Source of the DNA: a virus | Taxonomy: Duplodnaviria > Caudoviricetes | Length of the DNA: 64,000 nucleotides | IMG/VR virus record: IMGVR_UViG_3300027917_000018 | Span: 64,001-128,000 of that record | Reading direction: 5' to 3' (one strand) | In this document: in pieces, positions 54,903 to 62,376 of the stretch | Numbering within the stretch: position 1 is the first letter of the stretch | Layout of the letters: each line of letters begins with the position of its first letter | The notes under the pieces: generated by a model | Told to the model about the DNA's origin: nothing | The model's input: the letters and a program-made list of their open reading frames with translations, nothing else | Database searches by the model: none | Position numbers and translations under genes: made by a program

Positions 54903-55934
54903 ATGCCAAAGTATGCAGTCGTGCCAAGCCACCTGATGGGCGGCCCGGAGAATCCCGGCATGCGCTGGGATGCCGCCTATTTGATGATCCTGGCCGACCT
55001 GCTCAATCCCCAGCTGTCGATCGAGGAGGCTACCGATCTTTTGGAGAAGCACCTGGAGGAGAAGAAAATCCGGGTAGGCGACCTGTGGCGGCTTTCCGGG
55101 ACCCCATCCGCCGTCAAGGAGCTGGGCAAGAAGTTTGGTCTCGAAGTTACGGATCGCGTTCGCCCGCGATTCACGGCGGTCTTCATGGAGCTGCTCCGGC
55201 GGCACAAGGACCGGCTCCGGCACCAGGCCAAGAGCATCGAGCAGCAACTGGACGACCTTGACCAGCGTTTCCAGGCTGAAGCCCTCGCCGCCAGCGTGCT
55301 CGAAGGCTACAGGGAGACGGATGATTACAGCGCCGAGTACGCCAAGTTCAACGATCTATCCAAATGGCCAATTTCTGCAAAAAGAGGCGCTTTCTTGGAC
55401 TATGGACTGGCCAAGGAATGGGCTCGGTATTTGGCAAACGGAACCTACACACTTGATTGGTGGGGCACGCGGCTGGAGGACATTCCTTGGGCTGCCGAAA
55501 GCATAGCCAGGTTTTTTGGGTCCAAATGGGAACGGAAAGAAGACAGGGAAGCCGTTCAAACTCTCAATAATGCAGCGGCTCAAGTCATTGACGTTGAGAC
55601 GATCCACGAGCCACTAGCGCTCCCGCCTCCGCGCACGACCGGCGAATCCTTGGCCGCCAGCGTGCTCGAAGGCGTCGTATTGGAGGGTGAGGGCATCGAG
55701 GCCCGCCTCAAGGCTGCCGCCAAGAAGATCAAGCATTCCGGGGATTACGGGATGCTTTACTACCATCCCGAGAAGCACGAGGTCCACTGGACGGCGGCGG
55801 ATTCGGACGGTGAGCCGGAGCACACGGGCGGCCCCGAAATCATCAAGCTGCTGAAGCTGGATGGCATCAAGCACGTCGAGGTCGGTGACGAGTGGTCCCC
55901 GGACGAGGACGAAGGCTGGAAACGCCTGATATGA
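54903..55934 (+). CDS. Three-module protein with repeated AASVLEG linkers
   Basis: GTAGTTA at 54888-54894; EALAASVLEG and ESLAASVLEG. Confidence 0.75.
   Translation: MPKYAVVPSHLMGGPENPGMRWDAAYLMILADLLNPQLSIEEATDLLEKHLEEKKIRVGDLWRLSGTPSAVKELGKKFGLEVTDRVRPRFTAVFMELLRRHKDRLRHQAKSIEQQLDDLDQRFQAEALAASVLEGYRETDDYSAEYAKFNDLSKWPISAKRGAFLDYGLAKEWARYLANGTYTLDWWGTRLEDIPWAAESIARFFGSKWERKEDREAVQTLNNAAAQVIDVETIHEPLALPPPRTTGESLAASVLEGVVLEGEGIEARLKAAAKKIKHSGDYGMLYYHPEKHEVHWTAADSDGEPEHTGGPEIIKLLKLDGIKHVEVGDEWSPDEDEGWKRLI
55287..55673 (+). repeat. Exact 21-bp direct repeat flanking a low-GC module
   Basis: GCCGCCAGCGTGCTCGAAGGC at 55287-55307 and 55653-55673. Confidence 0.95.
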
Positions 55935-57124
55935 CGCCCAATCAGCAAGATCGCGCTCTGAAGAATGCCAGCCGGTGGCTGCACAAGTACCGGCGGGCCG
56001 CCCGGCAGACCCTTGGCCCGGAGCGCGCCAAGTATCAGCAAGCCGCCCGGAATTATCGTGGATGGATTTCAACGCTGCGCCGGGACATTGCGAACCGGCC
56101 CACAGAAGAAGGAATTGAGATGAGCAAACTGCACGAAGCTTACGGCTGGGTGGTCAGCTATGACGCCCCAGGTGGCACGAAATGGTACTGGGGCCAGAAA
56201 GGCTGGGTTCAGGACCGGCATCAGGCCAAAGCCTCGATGAAGAAGGCCGATATGATCAGCCTGGCGCAAAGCTTGGTGCGCAACGCCCCGGCCTTGCAGG
56301 ACCGCATCGGCGTTCAGGTGAACGCACCGAAGTTGGAGGGCATTCCTGCAAACACGGGCGAAGATGAAGGGTTCCGTCGGATGAAGCGCCTGGCCGCCAG
56401 ACCGGACAGCGAGCTTGGACCAAGCGCACGCCGCGCCAAAGCGCGGTTCCTGGCGAACAACAAGAAGGCCGATGCCATGTTCAAATGGGCTAAGGGCGTC
56501 AAGGAGGACGTGCCTTTTGCCCAGCCTGCCGGTGGGCCGGACGACCCGTGGCGGCAAAGCATAGTGAAGGTGCCTTACGACCAGTTCGATTTCAGCGGCA
56601 AGCGCGGCAAAGAAGACGTGGAGGACGAGGACGACGAGGAAAAAGAGACCGAGAAGCCCAAGGCCAAAAGCCGTTTTGACCTCAAGTTCGATGAGTCCGA
56701 GACGCTCGCCTCCAGGGTCCTGGAGACTGGCGAACGCAGCAAGCGCGACATCTACAATGAGCTGGAGCGCTTGTGGGCGGAGCGCGACGAGATGCAGCGG
56801 CTCCAGCGGTTCATGGCCAAGTGGGCGCTCATCAAGGACGAGCTGGGCATCAGCGACGCGGACATCCAGGCCCTGGACATCGAAACCAAGGGCGACGGCA
56901 GCAAATGGGCGGTGGGCATCTACCTCAAGGAGCCGCGCTATGACCTGAAGATGCAGCGGGCCGACGCCCGCCGTAAACGTTTGGATCGTGAGTGGGCCGA
57001 GAAGAATCCTCATTTGCACCGCAGTCAGAAGCCGTCGTGGTCGCCGGGTCACCGGCATTCCAGCTCCAGCTACATCGCTTTGGAGCAGCCGCTTTATCTG
57101 CCCAAAGCCTACTTCAAGAAATGA
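55931..57124 (+). CDS. Multi-module hypothetical protein
   Basis: ATG 55931; linkers LHE, KLEG, ETLASRVLETG. Confidence 0.7.
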   Translation: MTPNQQDRALKNASRWLHKYRRAARQTLGPERAKYQQAARNYRGWISTLRRDIANRPTEEGIEMSKLHEAYGWVVSYDAPGGTKWYWGQKGWVQDRHQAKASMKKADMISLAQSLVRNAPALQDRIGVQVNAPKLEGIPANTGEDEGFRRMKRLAARPDSELGPSARRAKARFLANNKKADAMFKWAKGVKEDVPFAQPAGGPDDPWRQSIVKVPYDQFDFSGKRGKEDVEDEDDEEKETEKPKAKSRFDLKFDESETLASRVLETGERSKRDIYNELERLWAERDEMQRLQRFMAKWALIKDELGISDADIQALDIETKGDGSKWAVGIYLKEPRYDLKMQRADARRKRLDREWAEKNPHLHRSQKPSWSPGHRHSSSSYIALEQPLYLPKAYFKK

Positions 57125-59262
57125 AGGTTGCCGGGCACGAGGTTGAGACCGTCACCCATCCGCATCACGGCGGCTGGATGGCGATAGCCTACCTCGAAGG
57201 CGGCAAGCAAGTGGCCGGAGCGCCGTGCGACACCAAAGAGCTGGCCGAGAAAGACCTTCACGACAAGCTCTACGACATGCTGCGGCCCAAGTTCGATCCG
57301 AAGAAAACCTACGAGCAATCCGAGGAATACCAGCAGCGCGTGATTGCGAGAGCAGAAACGTTTACGCCTTTCAAGCGAGCGATGTGGGACCTCGATGTGG
57401 CACTGACTGACCGCGCCTTCGAGGCCGCCAGCCAGTACCACCACTACCCGGATACGCCGGATAAGTGGTTTGCCCAGGGCGGCGAATGGTACCTGAGCGA
57501 TGGAGGTTACAGCCGCGTCGTTTACAGCGAGGAGACCGGGAGGCTGTTCCTGACCAGCAACAGCCGCGACCAGGTCAAGGCGCGGTGGGACGAGGCGCTG
57601 CCCCAGCGGGCCAAGGCCGAGGCCATCATTAACGACTACATGCGCCAGGAGCTGGGCGAGGCCAAGACCAAGTTTGCCGCCGTGGTGCTGCTGAAGGACA
57701 AGGACGACCCCAAGGCTCTGATCATCAAGCGGGATGACGAGCCCGAGGCGGGCAAGTGGGCCTGTCCTGGTGGCCACTGCGATCCGGGCGAGGACGACGA
57801 GGCGGCAGCCCACCGGGAGCTGAAGGAGGAGACGCGCTTGTCCGCCGAGAGCCTGGTTCCGCTGGGCAAGACCGCCGATGGCACGGCCATGTTCTGCGGC
57901 TGGGCCAAGACCGAGGACGCCAAAGGCACAGCCACCGACGACGCCGAGGGCCTCAAGTGGGTCTCGGTCGACAACCTGCCGGAGCTGGCATTTGGCAACG
58001 AAAAGCATATCCGCCAGGCCGTTCGCAAGCTCAAGGCCAAGGAGGAGGCACTCCAGCTCGCCCGCGAGGTTCTTAATGAGGTCACGCCTCGGGAGCTTTT
58101 AAGTCGGCACCCCGGAGAGGCAGAGCCGTACGTTTTCTTTCAGCCGTCGGGCATAGAATCGTTCAAGCTACCCCTCCAAAAAGTGGCTTCGACTTACGGT
58201 TGGGATTACACACAGGCTGAGCTTAGCCAGGAACAGCTAAACTGGCTCGACCTCCACGGTGAGTCTGTTTTTATAGCCTTGAACGACTACGGAGCAATCA
58301 ATAGCGACATTCTGGACGCAAACGACGAAACTGCGGGTACTTTCAGCGTCGTTGGTAACCTCGATAGCGCTACAGAAGTCAACAGTCTCGAACGTCTCAC
58401 GCCGCCGTGGCGCACGGAAGGCAAGATCGGCAGTCCGCGCCAGAACCGTTGGAACCCGATGGGGCTTCACCGCAATCACCGGGGCCAGCTCGTGGACAAG
58501 TACGGGCGCGTCATGGACGTGGACTGGGATGAGTTTGAGCGCAAGCGCCTGAAGCCCGGCGAGGAATTGAAGAGCCCGAAGGTGCTCAATCCGCTTCACC
58601 AGGCGGCCAAGGCCACCGGCCAGGTCGAGGCGCGGGAGCCAGAAAAACCGGGAAAGCCGATCAGTCCCCGCGAGCTGCTCAGGAAGTACCCGCGTGAACA
58701 GCCCTATCTGCTCAAGGGCGAGATTGAAGACACCCAGCGCCTGGTCAAGGTCCTGGACCGGTTCGACAACGAGGAGCACATCTACGATGACGGCTACGGG
58801 CCGCTGTGGGTCATGCGGGAAAGCCTGGGCATCACCGGCATTGCCCGAGCCCGTTCGTGGGAGGATGCCTATAGCATCGCCGAGGACGAGTTCTTCCATG
58901 AGGCGGATGAAACGGTCGAAGAGCTTCAGAAGGAGTACGGCTTTCGGCGCGAGCACGTCAAGATCGTGCGCGATCCGAAAACCGGCGAGGAGCGAGATGT
59001 TCAGCAGGGCGACTATCCGTTTGCGGAAACCGGCGTCGAGTTCGTGCGTTGGGAGACTAGGGAAACCCCTGACCCGGACGGCTGGATTGACAACGAGCTG
59101 TTCCAGGAGGCGTACGGCTTCAGGCCAAACGGCCCCAATGCCCGCGACACGCACCAGCACGGTATTTACCAAAAGGACCTCAACGGCGAGGTCTTGGACG
59201 AGCTGACGCCAGCCCTGGCCGAAGAGCTTCAGTTGAGAATCTACGTGGAGGACGAAGAATGA
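57121..59262 (+). CDS. Multi-module protein containing a Nudix hydrolase domain
   Basis: PGGHCDPGEDDEAAAHRELKEETRL Nudix box; linkers LAREVLNEVTPRELL and ISPRELL. Confidence 0.8.
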   Translation: MKVAGHEVETVTHPHHGGWMAIAYLEGGKQVAGAPCDTKELAEKDLHDKLYDMLRPKFDPKKTYEQSEEYQQRVIARAETFTPFKRAMWDLDVALTDRAFEAASQYHHYPDTPDKWFAQGGEWYLSDGGYSRVVYSEETGRLFLTSNSRDQVKARWDEALPQRAKAEAIINDYMRQELGEAKTKFAAVVLLKDKDDPKALIIKRDDEPEAGKWACPGGHCDPGEDDEAAAHRELKEETRLSAESLVPLGKTADGTAMFCGWAKTEDAKGTATDDAEGLKWVSVDNLPELAFGNEKHIRQAVRKLKAKEEALQLAREVLNEVTPRELLSRHPGEAEPYVFFQPSGIESFKLPLQKVASTYGWDYTQAELSQEQLNWLDLHGESVFIALNDYGAINSDILDANDETAGTFSVVGNLDSATEVNSLERLTPPWRTEGKIGSPRQNRWNPMGLHRNHRGQLVDKYGRVMDVDWDEFERKRLKPGEELKSPKVLNPLHQAAKATGQVEAREPEKPGKPISPRELLRKYPREQPYLLKGEIEDTQRLVKVLDRFDNEEHIYDDGYGPLWVMRESLGITGIARARSWEDAYSIAEDEFFHEADETVEELQKEYGFRREHVKIVRDPKTGEERDVQQGDYPFAETGVEFVRWETRETPDPDGWIDNELFQEAYGFRPNGPNARDTHQHGIYQKDLNGEVLDELTPALAEELQLRIYVEDEE

Positions 59263-59705
59263 GCGACGTTGTCAGGCGCATGTTAGGTGAGAGCGTGTGG
59301 GACCCGCCCAAGGGCATGGTTCAGTGTCCGGCTTGCGAGGCAATGGGCTACGTCGATGAGGAAGGCAATCCCCACGGTCCCGACACGCCCGGCGCGGAGC
59401 CTTGCTACTTGTGCCACGGCAAGCGCTTTGTGAAACCCGAGGTTGCCAAGGACCATGAGGGCAGGACCAAGGCCAAGATGCGGGAGTACGGCATGGAGTC
59501 TCGGGATGAAGTGCGAGCCGTTATCGAGGACACGCGGCCCGTGAAGTTTTACCGGTGCCCGCACTGCAACGAGGAGATTTTCGAGAAGCACGACTACGTT
59601 GACGAGTCCGGCGTGACCCGCCACCGGGGCTGTGGCGGAGCGTTTAAGTGGCCACCGCCGAGCCCGGAACAAAAGGCGTGGCTGGACAAACTACTGAGCA
59701 GGTAA
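59259..59705 (+). CDS. Protein with two Zn-finger modules
   Basis: CPACEAMG...CYLCHG and CPHC...HRGCG. Confidence 0.65.
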   Translation: MSDVVRRMLGESVWDPPKGMVQCPACEAMGYVDEEGNPHGPDTPGAEPCYLCHGKRFVKPEVAKDHEGRTKAKMREYGMESRDEVRAVIEDTRPVKFYRCPHCNEEIFEKHDYVDESGVTRHRGCGGAFKWPPPSPEQKAWLDKLLSR

Positions 59706-59708
59706 GCT

Positions 59709-60278
59709 ATGCCAATTGTCAAAAACTTCACCCGGCAGGCCAGCAGTGCTGGCGGCGACCTCGTGCCCGTGCTCAAGAGCCTGGGCGGCGACCAGTTTGA
59801 TGAGCGCACGATGGAGCTGCGCAATTTCTTTGGCATCAAACTGACGACCACGGACGTTAATCGCAGCGGCGCGTCTACTCCGGTGGACGACCAGTTCACG
59901 GTGGCGCTCACGCAAGGTGTTCAGGTCATGCTGGAATATCGAATTGCCTGGACGCTTCCGGCGTCTCCGACTGCTACAGGCATTGAGTTTGGCTGGAATT
60001 TTCCGCTCTCTCCAGCCTTCACGGACGGCTACCAAATCAACTGGTATGAGTCGATCGCCGCAGGTGCCAGCACTATTGTAGGTCTTGTTTCCAATGGCGA
60101 GGGAGCGCCTGTGCCCATCTTTGCCAACACCACTGCCATTCGGAACAACGGCAGGTGGCACGTCGAGGGCTTCTTTGTTGTGACACCCACGTCGAGCGGC
60201 AACGCCGAATTCTTTTGGGGCAATTGCACGGATGTTACCCGCAGCGCGGGCAGCCACGTGCGCGTCACACCTGTATGA
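59709..60278 (+). CDS. Beta-rich putative virion protein
   Basis: T/G/V-rich beta-sandwich-like composition. Confidence 0.6.
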   Translation: MPIVKNFTRQASSAGGDLVPVLKSLGGDQFDERTMELRNFFGIKLTTTDVNRSGASTPVDDQFTVALTQGVQVMLEYRIAWTLPASPTATGIEFGWNFPLSPAFTDGYQINWYESIAAGASTIVGLVSNGEGAPVPIFANTTAIRNNGRWHVEGFFVVTPTSSGNAEFFWGNCTDVTRSAGSHVRVTPV

Positions 60279-60610
60279 GTCGAGCCCGCGCCATCTTGGA
60301 AGCGGAGACGCCCAAGAGCGTTATGGCGGAGCTGCCATCGGATGAAATTGAAATCCGTTGTCACCTTCAGGACAATCGGCTTCACAGCGGGCGGGAGGTT
60401 TCCGATCCTGGCAGTCACTTTGACCGCGTGGTTGTTTCGGGCCGCGATTGGCCAAAGGTCGAGCAGCTTGGGCTTTGGCTGGAGCCCGACCCGGACGAGC
60501 GTGGCGTTTACTGGTGCGGCGACCTTTACGTCACCGAGCTGCAAGGTGCGCTTGACGATGCCGGGATCAAGCATGACTGGTGGGAAAGCGATCCCCTGGA
60601 GGACGAATGA
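60275..60610 (+). CDS. Small acidic protein with MSRARAILEAE leader (copy 1)
   Basis: ATG 60275 overlapping upstream stop. Confidence 0.65.
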   Translation: MSRARAILEAETPKSVMAELPSDEIEIRCHLQDNRLHSGREVSDPGSHFDRVVVSGRDWPKVEQLGLWLEPDPDERGVYWCGDLYVTELQGALDDAGIKHDWWESDPLEDE

Positions 60611-60945
60611 GCCGCGCCCGAGCCATCCTGGAGGCTGAGCCTCGCGACCTGATGCGCCGCGCCGCCCAGCGTGAGAAGGCCGAGGCAGGCAAGTGGCCGG
60701 TTCAACCCGGCGACAAGGGCTTCCTTTTCATTCTCGGCGAGAATCCGAACCTTTCTTTGAACGTCTACGCGCCGACCACCGCCCTGGCCGTCGAACGCTG
60801 CAATCAGGTTCTTAAGGAGCTGTTCCCCGACGGCTTGATGCACCGGAATGACCGCTGGGACACGACCTTTCATTTTGATTGGACGAAATTGGAGGCCAGG
60901 GACTCGGACATCTACGATGAGTGGGCGCTGGATGCTGAGCGGTGA
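60607..60945 (+). CDS. Small protein with MSRARAILEAE leader (copy 2)
   Basis: ATG 60607 overlapping upstream stop. Confidence 0.65.
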   Translation: MSRARAILEAEPRDLMRRAAQREKAEAGKWPVQPGDKGFLFILGENPNLSLNVYAPTTALAVERCNQVLKELFPDGLMHRNDRWDTTFHFDWTKLEARDSDIYDEWALDAER

Positions 60946-60981
60946 TTGACGGACAGCTACTAAAGTGAAACGTTTTAGCAG

Positions 60982-61143
60982 ATGGTTAGTATCAAACAGC
61001 GCGCCCTGGTGGCGTTGGTGCTGTTCGCCCGCCGCGAGAAGGCGCGGGCGCTTCGGGCCAAACATGCTTTGGCTCAGCAGGTAACGCGTGCATACGCCAG
61101 AAAAAAGATCAGGAAGTCATGGTACGTCCGTATCCGTGTTTGA
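60982..61143 (+). CDS. Small basic protein (53 aa), not in ORF track
   Basis: MVSIKQRALVALVLFARREK...; fills gap between coupled genes. Confidence 0.4.
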   Translation: MVSIKQRALVALVLFARREKARALRAKHALAQQVTRAYARKKIRKSWYVRIRV

Positions 61144-61151
61144 GAAAGCGG

Positions 61152-61307
61152 ATGAAGCTGCGGCAGCTTGCCATTCTGCGTCAGCAGCGGGCGGAGACGG
61201 CTATCCTCGAAAATCTTCCCAACTTCACCCGTGAAGAGATTGAAAGCCTGCGCGGTTTCTGTGTCCCTGTGGAAAAGCTGCGCAAGCTGTTGCTGGAGCA
61301 TTCTTGA
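61152..61307 (+). CDS. Small helical protein
   Basis: MKLRQLAIL...AETAILENL. Confidence 0.45.
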   Translation: MKLRQLAILRQQRAETAILENLPNFTREEIESLRGFCVPVEKLRKLLLEHS

Positions 61308-61352
61308 AGAATTTTGTTTACGACATAAGCGTGCGGGCTTAAATTCGTTTAC

Positions 61353-61664
61353 ATGAATCGAGTCCGCATCACCCTCGAAGTCGACAGTAGTTTCCTCAAT
61401 CTTCTCCGGGCCAAATGTACGCTCAAAGGCTGGACCCGCTGGTCGCCCAACTACAAAGGTGAAGAGCTTCCTCCAGAGCTTGATCCGGCAGGCGTGCTGG
61501 CCATTCTGGTTCTTGGGGAAGGATTGGGCCAGGTCTCTGAGGTAATCGACGCGACGGTGCCGCCGACGTGGCGGCCCCACGTGGATGTGATCCACGACGA
61601 ACGCCGCGTTTACAGCGAAGGAAAGCAGATCGGCGGACCGAAGTATGAGGTACCCACCAGTTAA
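61353..61664 (+). CDS. Hypothetical protein
   Basis: 103-aa ORF. Confidence 0.55.
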   Translation: MNRVRITLEVDSSFLNLLRAKCTLKGWTRWSPNYKGEELPPELDPAGVLAILVLGEGLGQVSEVIDATVPPTWRPHVDVIHDERRVYSEGKQIGGPKYEVPTS

Positions 61665-61851
61665 GATCATCGAGGCTGTCCTGCGGGGCAGCATAGACCA
61701 TCGCGTGCGGCGCTCCGTAACGCATTTCAGGCACTTCTTCCGGGCGTACGACGCCAACGGGGAGATAACCTCCGAGCCGGACCAGGTCGTCCGGGTAGAA
61801 CCCACCCAGCGGTGCCTGGAGTACCAGGAAAGCCTCTCGGCTACAGCCTAA
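61645..61851 (+). CDS. Small hypothetical protein
   Basis: 68-aa ORF overlapping upstream gene. Confidence 0.45.
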   Translation: MRYPPVKIIEAVLRGSIDHRVRRSVTHFRHFFRAYDANGEITSEPDQVVRVEPTQRCLEYQESLSATA

Positions 61852-61877
61852 CCGCCCGCCCGGCGGGTAGTTAGAGA

Positions 61878-62045
61878 GTGAAGAAACCGGCCACAGACCA
61901 GGTCTTTGCGGGTCTGGCAGCCCTCTCGTTTCTGGCGGGAATCGTTTTGATCTTCTATGGGGAAAAGGCCATTGGGTCCGCCTGTGTCTGCCTGGGAACA
62001 TTTTTCCTGTTTCTTTCGGTAATCCTTCAGACGCCTGAGACTTAG
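61878..62045 (+). CDS. 55-aa two-TM membrane protein (holin-like topology), not in ORF track
   Basis: MKKPATDQVFAGLAALSFLAGIVLIFYGEKAIGSACVCLGTFFLFLSVILQTPET; GTAGTTA at 61867-61873. Confidence 0.65.
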   Translation: MKKPATDQVFAGLAALSFLAGIVLIFYGEKAIGSACVCLGTFFLFLSVILQTPET

Positions 62046-62071
62046 CCGTATCCAATAATCTTAAATTCTGC

Positions 62072-62108
62072 TTGAAGAGGCGTGGCGGCTGGTGTAAGTT
62101 CAAGCCGC
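62072..62108 (+). promoter_or_regulatory. Sigma70-like promoter with flanking inverted repeat
   Basis: TTGAAG-17 nt-TAAGTT, 9 nt before ATG 62110; GCGGCT-N12-AGCCGC brackets the -10. Confidence 0.5.
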
Positions 62109-62109
62109 T

Positions 62110-62376
62110 ATGACAGGTCATCTTGATGAACGGTGTTTTCGGTGTCACCAGCCTTTGTCCTTTGAGTCCACGGGTGCGGGCTGGACGGTTTTCTGCGGCT
62201 ACGGCCCCTGCAAGCTGGTTCCAGCCAATACAGGCGCTACGGGCCGGACCCAGGAGGAGGCCCTTGCCGCATACAAGGCGCTGGAGGACCAGCTGTGCCC
62301 GGATTGCGACGGCAACGGGGTGGACGAGGACGAGAACTGCTGCCCAGCCTGCAAAGGCTCCGGCCTGGAGGTATGA
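62110..62376 (+). CDS. Zn-finger protein
   Basis: CFRC, CGYGPC, CPDCDGNG...CPACKGSG. Confidence 0.7.
   Translation: MTGHLDERCFRCHQPLSFESTGAGWTVFCGYGPCKLVPANTGATGRTQEEALAAYKALEDQLCPDCDGNGVDEDENCCPACKGSGLEV

Noticed and set aside
62085-62108. Hairpin containing GTTCAA considered as a tRNA arm
   Set aside because: No acceptor, D or anticodon stems; better explained as a promoter-flanking inverted repeat.
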